Source of the DNA: Candidatus Omnitrophota bacterium
GTDB taxonomy: Bacteria; Omnitrophota; Gorgyraeia; Gygaellales; JBFMHM01
DNA: 64,000 nt
Assembly: GCA_040753015.1 (NCBI GenBank)
Contig: JBFMHM010000002.1
Location: forward strand, 102,111 to 166,110
Direction: 5' to 3'
The position numbers and the translations under genes are program-made. Positions 29,619-38,863 of this stretch are shown here, in pieces; position 1 is the stretch's first letter; each line of letters starts with the position of its first letter. The notes under the pieces were generated by a model that saw nothing but the letters and a program-made list of their open reading frames with translations, did not search any database and was not told the origin of the DNA.

Positions 29619-30686
29619 TTATACCTTGTCTAATACCTTTAAAAAAACTTCAACAATTTTAGGATCAAATTGGCTCCCGGAATTCCTCTTGATTTCTTCT
29701 ATTGCCTCTTGTTTAGATAAAGGCGTCTTCCTATAAGATCTAGCAGAAGTCATTGCATCATAGCTATCAGCAACACAAATTATTCTAGCTCCTAAAGGAA
29801 TCTGTTCTCCTTTTAGCCCATCTGGATAGCCCTTACCATCAAAACGCTCATGATGATGTTTTATCAACCCGATTGTATTATCTAAAAAGGTTAATGGTTC
29901 TAAAATTTGAACTGCTTTAATTGTATGCAATTCTACCTCGCGCCTTTCTTCTTTGGTTAATTTACCAGGCTTACTTAAAATATAGTCTGATATGCCTATT
30001 TTACCCAAATCATGAAGTTGGCAAGCTTCTTTGATTATCTCAATTTCTTTCGCCGGTAGATTCAATTCTTCTGCAATTAATAATGCATACTTAGACACCT
30101 TCTCAGAATGGCTTGAAGTAAAATGATCCCTTGCTTCAATAGCCTGCGCAAAAGCATTAACAGTACGTAGGTATGTCTGCCTTAAATCATCATATAACCG
30201 GCTTAGATTTTTTGTCGAATCTTCGATCCTTTTCGCAAGCAGTATATTTTGTTTTTGCAAAGACATATTTTGTTCAGATAAAGCCCTGTCAGCCTTATGC
30301 GAATGCACAGTTATATTCCTTGCTTCAATTGCTTTTTTAATAATAAAAACTAAATGGTTAAAATCAACAGGGAGATTTAAATAATCATAAATTTCTGCTC
30401 TATAAATTTCCGAAAAGACATCCGGGCTTAAATTTTCAACCAAAGCAATAATAATACTATCTGGATCTACTTCTTTTATCGCTCTAACCATATCAATGCC
30501 GGTAAGTTCTTCCGTGCTCCATTGAATAATAATGACATCAAAAGAAATTTTACGTATTAGATTAATTCCTGACCAAAAATGATTTTCGCTTTTAATTTGG
30601 CAATTCAAAATCATTAAAGCTTGTTTTATTGTCTTTACGATTGTTTCATCTTTATTAATAATCAAAATGTTAATATTTTCGTTCAC
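29619..30686 (-). CDS. pseudo-receiver / HD-GYP c-di-GMP phosphodiesterase
   Basis: The C-terminus has HD ... HHERFDGKGYPDGL. The N-terminal REC-like domain lacks the acidic pocket (NKDE replaces DDE) and lacks the phospho-acceptor Asp (IIIQWS). Confidence 0.8.
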   Translation of the reverse strand: MNENINILIINKDETIVKTIKQALMILNCQIKSENHFWSGINLIRKISFDVIIIQWSTEELTGIDMVRAIKEVDPDSIIIALVENLSPDVFSEIYRAEIYDYLNLPVDFNHLVFIIKKAIEARNITVHSHKADRALSEQNMSLQKQNILLAKRIEDSTKNLSRLYDDLRQTYLRTVNAFAQAIEARDHFTSSHSEKVSKYALLIAEELNLPAKEIEIIKEACQLHDLGKIGISDYILSKPGKLTKEERREVELHTIKAVQILEPLTFLDNTIGLIKHHHERFDGKGYPDGLKGEQIPLGARIICVADSYDAMTSARSYRKTPLSKQEAIEEIKRNSGSQFDPKIVEVFLKVLDKV

Positions 30687-30699
30687 AATGTTATCCTTT

Positions 30700-32397
30700 T
30701 TATTCTTCGGTGGTTGCTTCTACTGCTTCTTCTAAAGAAATAACCCCTTGCTGAACTTTTAATAAAGCGTCATCTCTTAAAGTTCTCATCTTTAGTTCTT
30801 TAATAGCATACTCGTTAATCTGAGAAGAATCAACTTTTTTCACAATCATCTCACGAATTTTATCATTAATAATAAGCGCCTCTAATATTGCAACCCTGCC
30901 TAAATAACCTGTATTATTACAGTATTGACATCCCTTGCCTCTAAAAAAAGTTATTTTATCTTTAATTCTTAATTTTTCAATTAAATCTTTTGGAACGCTT
31001 TCTTCTTCTTTGCAATGCGTGCATATTTTTCTACATAATCTTTGAGCGCAAGCAAAAATTAAACTTGAAGCAATAAGAAATGGTTCAACTCCCATATCAA
31101 TCAATCTAGTTATGCTGGAAGCCGCGTCATTTGTATGCAAAGTCGAAAGTATTAATTGTCCTGTAAGCGATGCTTTAACGGCAATATCTGCGGTTTCACC
31201 ATCGCGAATTTCTCCAATCATTATAACATCCGGGCTCTGCCTAAGTAAAGACCTGAGCCCTTGTGCAAAATCTAAGCCAATTTCCGGCTTAACCTGCACC
31301 TGAGTAATACCTTCGATCTGATATTCTACAGGATCTTCAATAGTAATAATATTTTTTTGTGGAGTATTTAGCTGTGTAACAATTGAATATAACGTTGTTG
31401 ATTTTCCTGATCCTGTTGGGCCAGTGACTAAAATCATGCCAAAAGGTTTTTTTATTGCTTCTTGGAAAAGCCTTAAAGGTTCTTCCGAAAAACCTAGCTT
31501 CTCAAGGCCGAAAGAAAGATTGCCCTTATCTAATGCTCTTAAAACGAACTTCTGGCCAAAATTAATCGGCAGGCATGAAACACGAAAATCAATTTCTCTA
31601 CCTTCTAATCTAACTTTAAAACGCCCGTCCTGTGGAATACGTGATTCTGTAATATCCATGCCAGAAACTATTTTTAGCCTTGCCGTTACTGCATTTTGCT
31701 TTGACCTAGGAATATTAAACACTTCGTGTAAAATTCCGTCAATTCGATATCTGATACGAACCATTCCTTCCTCGGGCTCAATATGGATGTCCGAAGCCCT
31801 TCTTTTAAGTGCTTCTATTATTAATAAATCTACGAGTTTTACAATTGGTGCTTTTGAGCTTTCTTCAATTAACTCACCTAAATTCATAGAAGATTCTTCT
31901 TTTACCACCTCAACATCTTCACCTAAACTTTGCGCCTCTAAAACAAGCTTAGATAAATCTTCACCTTTTTTATAATAACTATCTATAGCTAAAACTATAT
32001 CTTGTTCTGATGTCAGAACTAAATCAATCTTAAAACCGGTTAGAACCTTTAAATCGTCTAAAGCAAAAATATTAAGAGGATCCACGATAGCAACAGTAAG
32101 AGTTTTTCCAATGACTGAAATTGGAATTAATTGATATTGACGGCAAATTTTTTCTGGAACTAATCCAATTACAGACGGCTCTATTTTATATTTAGATAAT
32201 TTAATATGGGGTATTAATAATTCTCGAGATAATAAAGCAATAAGATCATCTTCGGAAATAACTTTTTCTTTTAATAAAATATCGCGGAATGATTCTTTTG
32301 TCTGCTTATGTGATTTAAGCAACGACTCTATCTGTTCCTTAGTCGCTTTTTTATCTTTCGTCAAAACTTCTATAAGTGTATCTTTAAGGCTTATCAT
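30700..32397 (-). CDS. pilB: type IV pilus assembly ATPase PilB (GspE family), paralog 1
   Basis: It has an N-terminal GSPII_E_N domain, Walker A (GPTGSGKSTTLYS), Asp/His boxes and the tetracysteine motif (CTHC ... CQYC). Confidence 0.85.
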   Translation of the reverse strand: MISLKDTLIEVLTKDKKATKEQIESLLKSHKQTKESFRDILLKEKVISEDDLIALLSRELLIPHIKLSKYKIEPSVIGLVPEKICRQYQLIPISVIGKTLTVAIVDPLNIFALDDLKVLTGFKIDLVLTSEQDIVLAIDSYYKKGEDLSKLVLEAQSLGEDVEVVKEESSMNLGELIEESSKAPIVKLVDLLIIEALKRRASDIHIEPEEGMVRIRYRIDGILHEVFNIPRSKQNAVTARLKIVSGMDITESRIPQDGRFKVRLEGREIDFRVSCLPINFGQKFVLRALDKGNLSFGLEKLGFSEEPLRLFQEAIKKPFGMILVTGPTGSGKSTTLYSIVTQLNTPQKNIITIEDPVEYQIEGITQVQVKPEIGLDFAQGLRSLLRQSPDVIMIGEIRDGETADIAVKASLTGQLILSTLHTNDAASSITRLIDMGVEPFLIASSLIFACAQRLCRKICTHCKEEESVPKDLIEKLRIKDKITFFRGKGCQYCNNTGYLGRVAILEALIINDKIREMIVKKVDSSQINEYAIKELKMRTLRDDALLKVQQGVISLEEAVEATTEE

Positions 32398-32399
32398 TG

Positions 32400-34109
32400 C
32401 TATTCATCCGGGGCTGTTATTCTTACTACCTCTTCTAAAGTTGTAATGCCTTCGCTTGCTTTCTCCATACCTTCCTCTCTCAACGTAAGCATACCTTCAT
32501 CCCTGCTTATTTTTTTAATCATGTATTCCTGGGCGCCTTCCAAAACAAGATCTCTAATTTTAGGCGTCAAAATTAGCACTTCAGCAATAGCAACTCTTCC
32601 TTTATAGCCGGTATTAAAACATTGCGCGCAACCTTTTGCTCTATAGAATTTTCTTGTTGGAATTTTTTTTAAATTCAGAGACTGCATTATATCATCGGAT
32701 AAAACATATTCTTCTCGGCAACTTACACAAACTTTTCTAAGAAGCCGTTGAGCAATAATCGCAATAACAGATGAAGTAATTAAAAAGGGCTCTATGCCAA
32801 TATTGGCTAAACGCATAACAGCTGCAGGAGCTGTTGTGGTATGAACAGTAGTTAATACTAGATGCCCTGTTAACGCTGCCTTAATTGATATATCAGCTGT
32901 TTCATGATCCCTAATCTCACCTACCATAATAACATCGGGATCCTGTCTTAATATTGAACGTAGGCAGCTTGCAAAAGTTAAATCAACCTCTGGCCTTATG
33001 TTAACTTGATTTATACCTGCCAACTGAAATTCAATTGGATCTTCAACCGTTATAATATTCTCTCTTGGGGTATCAATAAACTCTAATATAGAATATAACG
33101 TTGTAGTCTTTCCTGACCCAGTAGGGCCGCAAACAATAATCATGCCATGTGGTTTTTGTGAAGACCTCTTAATTCTATCTAATGCAGTTTGGGAAAAACC
33201 TAATTTTTCAATATCAAGCTGAGCTTGCGATTTATCTAATACGCGAAGAGCAACCTTTTCCCCAAACGAAGAGGCAATAACAGAAACACGAAAATCCACT
33301 TCCCGCGTACCTATTTTTATTTTAAAACGACCGTCTTGAGGAAGCCTATGCTCGGCAACATTAAGATTAGAAATAACCTTTATCCTGGAAACAATAGGCG
33401 CAAGCATAGATTTTGGCGGAGACTCCTGCTCTTGTAAAACACCGTCTATTCTATATCGAACACGCATCCTATTTTCTAATGGTTCAATTAAAATATCTGA
33501 TGCATACATATTAACTGCTTTTTCTAAAATCATGTTTGCTACTTTTATAACCGGGGCCTCATTTATAATTTGATTTATTGTAGCCAAAGAAAAAACTTCT
33601 TCTTTCTCGGCTCTAATTAACTCAATACTCCCGTCCTTAAAACCTTCGACCAGCTCTTCTATAGCTTCTTTTGCGCTTTCTTCATAATATTGATTTATAG
33701 TAGCATTAAGTTCTGAAGGAGAAACGATAACAGGAGTTATTTGATAGCCTGTAAGACTCTTAACATCATCGATTGCGAATACATCTAAAGGATCGCTCAT
33801 TGCAAGTGTTAGAGTCTTTCCAATCAAGGATACTGGGATAATTTGATATCGATGCGCTAAATCTTTACTGATGATTTTTATAACTGACCTTTCGATTTTA
33901 ATCCGCTTCAGGTCAATAATCGGGAATCCGAGGCCTTCGCTCAAAACTGGAAATAACTCTTTTTCTTTGATCAGATTATCTTCTATTAATATATCAACAA
34001 GCCTCTTCCTTCTCTTCTTGGCTAAATCAATAGCTTCTTTTAATTTGATTTCGGAGATTAAATTATTTTTTATTAAAATCTCATAAACTCTCTGAGCAAT
34101 TGATATCAT
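32400..34109 (-). CDS. GspE/PilB-family assembly ATPase, paralog 2
   Basis: The architecture matches paralog 1 (GPTGSGKTTTLYS; CVSC ... CAQC). It is about 45% identical to paralog 1 by eye. Confidence 0.8.
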   Translation of the reverse strand: MISIAQRVYEILIKNNLISEIKLKEAIDLAKKRRKRLVDILIEDNLIKEKELFPVLSEGLGFPIIDLKRIKIERSVIKIISKDLAHRYQIIPVSLIGKTLTLAMSDPLDVFAIDDVKSLTGYQITPVIVSPSELNATINQYYEESAKEAIEELVEGFKDGSIELIRAEKEEVFSLATINQIINEAPVIKVANMILEKAVNMYASDILIEPLENRMRVRYRIDGVLQEQESPPKSMLAPIVSRIKVISNLNVAEHRLPQDGRFKIKIGTREVDFRVSVIASSFGEKVALRVLDKSQAQLDIEKLGFSQTALDRIKRSSQKPHGMIIVCGPTGSGKTTTLYSILEFIDTPRENIITVEDPIEFQLAGINQVNIRPEVDLTFASCLRSILRQDPDVIMVGEIRDHETADISIKAALTGHLVLTTVHTTTAPAAVMRLANIGIEPFLITSSVIAIIAQRLLRKVCVSCREEYVLSDDIMQSLNLKKIPTRKFYRAKGCAQCFNTGYKGRVAIAEVLILTPKIRDLVLEGAQEYMIKKISRDEGMLTLREEGMEKASEGITTLEEVVRITAPDE

Positions 34110-34553
34110 TTATTTTTTATAAAATTTGTCAATTGCATTTTTTATATCGCTAAATGTACTTACAAAAATCTGCACGCTTAATTTTGTAAGAGTTTCAATA
34201 TCTTCTACTGCCTGTAGATTTAAAGGATTTGACATTGACACAGTTAGGGTATTGCCAATCTTGTCAATTGGCATCAGGCAATACTGGCGACAAACTCTCT
34301 CTGGAATAATACTGATTATTTCAGAGCCAATTTCATAATTAGAGAGCGGTAAATAGGGATAGCCGTATTGAGTAGTTATCGCCTGAGCAATATCAATTTC
34401 TTTAGCATAACCCATATCAACTAAAACTTCACCAATTAAACCACCCTTTTGTTTTTGCAATAAAAGGGCCTCGTTTAGTTGATCCTGAGTGATAATTTTT
34501 CTTTCAATTAGAAGCTCGCCTAACTGCTTAGTAATTATTTTTCGTGATGGCAT
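34110..34553 (-). CDS. standalone MshEN-like + GSPII_E N-terminal domain protein (candidate c-di-GMP receptor)
   Basis: Two 24-aa motifs separated by 5 aa (LGELLIERKIITQDQLNEALLLQ - KQKGG - LIGEVLVDMGYAKEIDIAQAITTQ) fit the MshEN c-di-GMP-binding consensus. They are followed by a T2SS-E N-terminal domain. Confidence 0.65.
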   Translation of the reverse strand: MPSRKIITKQLGELLIERKIITQDQLNEALLLQKQKGGLIGEVLVDMGYAKEIDIAQAITTQYGYPYLPLSNYEIGSEIISIIPERVCRQYCLMPIDKIGNTLTVSMSNPLNLQAVEDIETLTKLSVQIFVSTFSDIKNAIDKFYKK

Positions 34554-34554
34554 C

Positions 34555-35982
34555 TTAAGCTAAAATTACTCCTTTCGATTCTTTGCTACCAGAAAGCAGC
34601 TCTCTTGCCTTTGTTATTAATTCATTAGCGTTTACTCCATCAAGAGGATTTTCAGAAACCGCAATATTTAATATAATAGGTAACATAATTTCTTTATCAT
34701 TAGATAATAAAGAATCAATCAATCTTTTTAGTTTTATTGCTTTTTCTTTTGCTTGTTTTTTATTTTTTTCAGGAATCACGATAGCGAAACTATTCGAGTT
34801 AAAACGCCCGGCTTTTTCTACAGGGCTTAATTCATCTTTTATTATTAAAGCAATTTTCTTTAGTGCTTTTTCAGCTGTGATATCTCCAAACTGCTGTCTG
34901 TAATCTCTAAAATTTATTATCTCCAGGTCTAAAAATGAACACGGCCTTTGAAACATAATCGCTCTTTTGATTTCATCTTCAAGATAATTAATAATAAAAT
35001 TTTCATTATAAAGCCCTGTTAAAGCATCCCTGGTTTCGAGCTGCTTTACCCTATGAATTAAAGCATCGTTTTCAATAGCTATAGAAATTTGTTTTGAAAA
35101 AATATTTAAAAAATCCATAGACTCTTGGACAAAGAAGAAATCCTCTATATTGTTGCCTATAATCAACATGCCTACAACTTCTTGCTTTGTTACAATCGGA
35201 ATCAATATAATATTCCTTAAACTTAACTCATCAATCAACGCCTGCTCATCCTTTGTAATTTTTTTCCTAGAAACATCTAAAACCAAAACTTTTTTCTCTT
35301 CTATAATTTTTAGAAATAATTTTCCAATATCTCCTTTATCTAAAAATATCTGCTTATTGAATAAAGATTTGGCAAGCTTTCCAGATGCACACACTACTTT
35401 ATAATTTAAACGCTCCTGTTCACTTTTACTAAATAGGACTGCTGCCTCACAACCAGGTATTGCCTGCATCTTTTCAACTGTTGATGATAAAATTTCATCC
35501 AAGGAAAGACCCTGAGTAATAAGATTGCTAACCTGTAGAATACCTGAGAGAACCAATATCCTATTTTGTATCTGAATATTTGTCCTTTGTGCCTCTTGGC
35601 CAAAGACATTTAATTGCTGCATATTATCTTTAACTTTCGAAGTAATTTCATTTAGTGCAGCGCCTAAATCTCCCAGCTCATCTTCTCTGTCTATCTTAAT
35701 CCTTCTTGTATAATCACCATTTGCAATTAATTTTGCATCATTGCTCATTCTAATAAGCGGCTCGATAATCTGTTTAATAAGCAAAAACCCTCCGTATGCA
35801 ACACAAATACTAACTAAAACTATAAATGTAAAATTGATTTTTTTTGAAGCTAGAAGGCTGATATAATCAGAAAAAACATATAATATAACAAGAATAGGAA
35901 TGACAAACGTAAGCGCAAAGGAAATTTTTAGGACATATCGCAGGCTCTTAGTAGTAAGAGAAATTTTTTTTGCTTTCAGCAT
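34555..35982 (-). CDS. membrane HAMP / GGDEF-domain protein with degenerate active site
   Basis: Two TM helices are followed by HAMP and a GGDEF-fold region (RDALTGLYNENF...). The signature reads AGRFNSNSF where GG(D/E)EF is expected. Confidence 0.65.
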   Translation of the reverse strand: MLKAKKISLTTKSLRYVLKISFALTFVIPILVILYVFSDYISLLASKKINFTFIVLVSICVAYGGFLLIKQIIEPLIRMSNDAKLIANGDYTRRIKIDREDELGDLGAALNEITSKVKDNMQQLNVFGQEAQRTNIQIQNRILVLSGILQVSNLITQGLSLDEILSSTVEKMQAIPGCEAAVLFSKSEQERLNYKVVCASGKLAKSLFNKQIFLDKGDIGKLFLKIIEEKKVLVLDVSRKKITKDEQALIDELSLRNIILIPIVTKQEVVGMLIIGNNIEDFFFVQESMDFLNIFSKQISIAIENDALIHRVKQLETRDALTGLYNENFIINYLEDEIKRAIMFQRPCSFLDLEIINFRDYRQQFGDITAEKALKKIALIIKDELSPVEKAGRFNSNSFAIVIPEKNKKQAKEKAIKLKRLIDSLLSNDKEIMLPIILNIAVSENPLDGVNANELITKARELLSGSKESKGVILA

Positions 35983-36054
35983 TTTAAACTCCTTTTATTT
36001 TCTGCCCGCTAAAAATAAATTATCAGATTATTATTATAGATAACTTTTGATTAC

Positions 36055-36083
36055 AATATACTCTAGTGATAAATTAATGTCAA
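36055..36083 (-). promoter_or_regulatory. candidate sigma70 promoter for the GGDEF-pilB-pilC operon (TTGACA, 17-nt spacer, TATATT)
   Basis: The minus strand reads TTGACAttaatttatcactagagTATATT, about 70 nt upstream of an AAAAGGAG RBS and the ATG at 35982. Confidence 0.4.
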
Positions 36084-37763
36084 TTACAAAAACATTTTTT
36101 TATAATTATTAATTAAAAATTGTTTATTTAATCCTGTATCTATATAGTCCCAAGGCAGAGTATCGCGAATGTCTCTTTGCTTTAAATAACTATCTAGGTT
36201 AATATTCTCTTCTCTAAAAGAATCTTGCCATAAATAAAAATTGAAATGATCCTGCCAGCCGTCAAATTTTGCGCCCTTTTGCCATACTCTATAAATAATC
36301 CTACCTAACGCCCTATCGCCTCTAGATAGCACTGCCTCTATAATGCTAGTTTCCAAATTATGAAAGCTTATCTTCAAGCTGCTAGATATCTTTTTTAAAT
36401 TTACCCTAAGATATTCCTCTTTGCGCTTCAAGTTTATGGCATTATCAAACGCCAGCCATTGCAATGCTGTATGCGGCTTCGGAATAAGATTTGAAATGCT
36501 TAAATTTAAAAATATCTTTTTGTTGCTCACCCTCTTACCGACATCAAAAATCTCTCTTGATAAATTAATTATCTGCTCTAACTCCTCCTCTGTTTCCGTA
36601 GGTATGCCAATCATAAAATATAATTTAATATGAAGATACCCTGCCTTAAATAACTCCTGGCTAGTTTTTTTTAGTTCTTCAATATTAAGATTTTTATTTA
36701 AAACACATCTTAGCCTTAAACTTGCTGTTTCGGGTGCAAAAGTAATTGTAGTTTTTTTAACTTTACTTAATAAACCTCCCAGCCTTGTGACTAAAGAATT
36801 TGCCCTAATCGAAGGAAAAGACAAGGCAATTTTCCGTTCATTACAAAAATCATAAACTTCCCCTATAAAATTATCTAAATTCAAATAGTCAGAAGCTGAA
36901 AGGCCCATAAGAGAAACTTCTTCATACCCTGTATTATTATAAAGATCTATTAATTGTTTTTTTAATACATCAACTTTTCTCTCTCGATATGGCCAATAAT
37001 AAACTCTTGCCTGGCAGAAATAACAATTATTCGGGCAACCGCGCGCTATCTCTAAAGATAATCGGTCATGAACTATCTCGATATACGGTACAATCCAATT
37101 TTTAGGAAAATAGGCGGTATTTAAATCTTTAACAACCCTTTTTTTTATTGTTTTTTTATTCTCGAAGCTAGGCACATGCACGCCTTCTATATTCGAAAAT
37201 TCAAGCAATAATTCCCGCCTATCCAGTTTTCTATTATTTCTATAAACTTCTAATATTTCTAAAATTGCCTCTTCCGCGTCACCAACTAAAAATAAATCAA
37301 AAAAATCCGCAACAGGCTCTGGATTTAATGTACAGTTTCCTCCGCCGATAACCAAAGGATGCAAAATAGTCCTATCTTTTGATAACAAAGGTAGCCCAGA
37401 CAGATCAAGCATATTTAAAACATTAGTATAATTTAATTCATAGGTTAAGCTAAATCCTATAATATCAAATTCTTTCAAAGGAACTCTATTCTCTAAAGAG
37501 AAAAGCGGTATTTTATTATCACGCAAAATTTTTTCAAAATCATCTGCGGGCGCAAATACTCTCTCGCAGCAAATATCTTTTTGTTCATTTAATAAACCAT
37601 ACAGAATACGCAATCCTAAATAACTCATACCTAATTCATAAATATCAGGAAAACATAAGGCAAATTTAATGTCACAAGTTTTGGGATCTTTTTTAATAGT
37701 GTTCCATTCACCGCCAATATACCTAGCGGGTTTTCTAACTTGCAATAAATAATCTTCGATCAT
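36084..37763 (-). CDS. radical SAM protein (B12-binding-like N-terminal domain; TIGR03960-like)
   Basis: The CX3CX2C motif is present (GCPNNCYFCQA). It lies upstream of rodA-mrdA-mreDCB. Confidence 0.8.
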   Translation of the reverse strand: MIEDYLLQVRKPARYIGGEWNTIKKDPKTCDIKFALCFPDIYELGMSYLGLRILYGLLNEQKDICCERVFAPADDFEKILRDNKIPLFSLENRVPLKEFDIIGFSLTYELNYTNVLNMLDLSGLPLLSKDRTILHPLVIGGGNCTLNPEPVADFFDLFLVGDAEEAILEILEVYRNNRKLDRRELLLEFSNIEGVHVPSFENKKTIKKRVVKDLNTAYFPKNWIVPYIEIVHDRLSLEIARGCPNNCYFCQARVYYWPYRERKVDVLKKQLIDLYNNTGYEEVSLMGLSASDYLNLDNFIGEVYDFCNERKIALSFPSIRANSLVTRLGGLLSKVKKTTITFAPETASLRLRCVLNKNLNIEELKKTSQELFKAGYLHIKLYFMIGIPTETEEELEQIINLSREIFDVGKRVSNKKIFLNLSISNLIPKPHTALQWLAFDNAINLKRKEEYLRVNLKKISSSLKISFHNLETSIIEAVLSRGDRALGRIIYRVWQKGAKFDGWQDHFNFYLWQDSFREENINLDSYLKQRDIRDTLPWDYIDTGLNKQFLINNYKKMFL

Positions 37764-37765
37764 AT

Positions 37766-38863
37766 TTAAAATACTATCTTCGTCCTGCTGATATTTAATA
37801 AAATTCCTAAACTTAAAAAAGTTATAACAAGCGATGACCCGCCATAACTCATAATTGGAAGAGGCAAACCAACAATAGGTAAGAGACCAAGATTCATAGA
37901 AATATTAATGAAAATTTGCATGCCTAAACTTAAAACAATTCCGTAAGACAAAAGTTTTCCAAACATATCCTTTGTCTTTTCTGCAATATTCAATGTTTGA
38001 TAAATTAGCAAATAATACAAACTAAACAGTATCAATACGCCTATAAAACCCCATTTCTCACAAAATGATGCAAATATAAAATCGGTATGCGCTTCTGGTA
38101 AAAACCTTAATCTACTCTGTGTTGCATCAACTAACCCCTTCCCAAATATTCTTCCAGAACCAACCGCAATTTTAGACTGAATAATTGTATACCCTGCGCC
38201 TAAAGGATCAAGGTTAGGGTTAATAAAAACAAGGATTCTGTCTTTTTGATAAGGTTTTAATGAATTCCAAAAAAATGGCGCAAGTAATAAGCTCGCTAAA
38301 ATAAAAAATATAATGAATTTTTTATTTATTCCAACAATAAAAAGCATTGAAATAAAAATAAAAATTAAAACTAATGCCGTGCCCAAATCTGGTTGTTTTA
38401 AAATAAACCCTACTGGAATTAAAATTAAAATGAATGGCAAGATTAAAGCTTTAAAGATTCCAAACTGATTCGCATTTTGTTTCACATAAAAAATATTTTT
38501 TTTACTAAAATAATGAGCGAGTAATAAAACAACCGAAACCTTGGCAAGCTCTGAAGGTTGAAAATTTAACCACCAAAGTTTAATCCAACGTTGAGCTCCA
38601 AGACGTGTCGCTCCAAAAACACTAACAAAAATTAATAAAATACAAACAAAAATAAAAAGAGGCACTGTAAATAATTTTAATTTTCGATAAGGAAATTTTG
38701 ATGCCCCAAACATACAAATAAAAGATATAATCATCCATAGGGCTTGTCGAAAAAATACCTGCTTTATATACTGTATCTGAGAAATTTTCGAAATAGTATA
38801 TAAGTTTATCAGGCTTAATAAAACTAAACCGAATACTGCTAAAATAAAGAATTTATTTCTCAT
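37766..38863 (-). CDS. rodA: rod shape-determining SEDS protein RodA
   Basis: It has the FtsW/RodA/SpoVE family motifs (PEAHTDFIF) and 10 TM helices. Confidence 0.85.
   Translation of the reverse strand: MRNKFFILAVFGLVLLSLINLYTISKISQIQYIKQVFFRQALWMIISFICMFGASKFPYRKLKLFTVPLFIFVCILLIFVSVFGATRLGAQRWIKLWWLNFQPSELAKVSVVLLLAHYFSKKNIFYVKQNANQFGIFKALILPFILILIPVGFILKQPDLGTALVLIFIFISMLFIVGINKKFIIFFILASLLLAPFFWNSLKPYQKDRILVFINPNLDPLGAGYTIIQSKIAVGSGRIFGKGLVDATQSRLRFLPEAHTDFIFASFCEKWGFIGVLILFSLYYLLIYQTLNIAEKTKDMFGKLLSYGIVLSLGMQIFINISMNLGLLPIVGLPLPIMSYGGSSLVITFLSLGILLNISRTKIVF

Noticed and set aside
35406-35609. Minus-strand ORF 35406..35609 (67 aa)
   Set aside because: It is embedded out-of-frame inside the HAMP-GGDEF gene.
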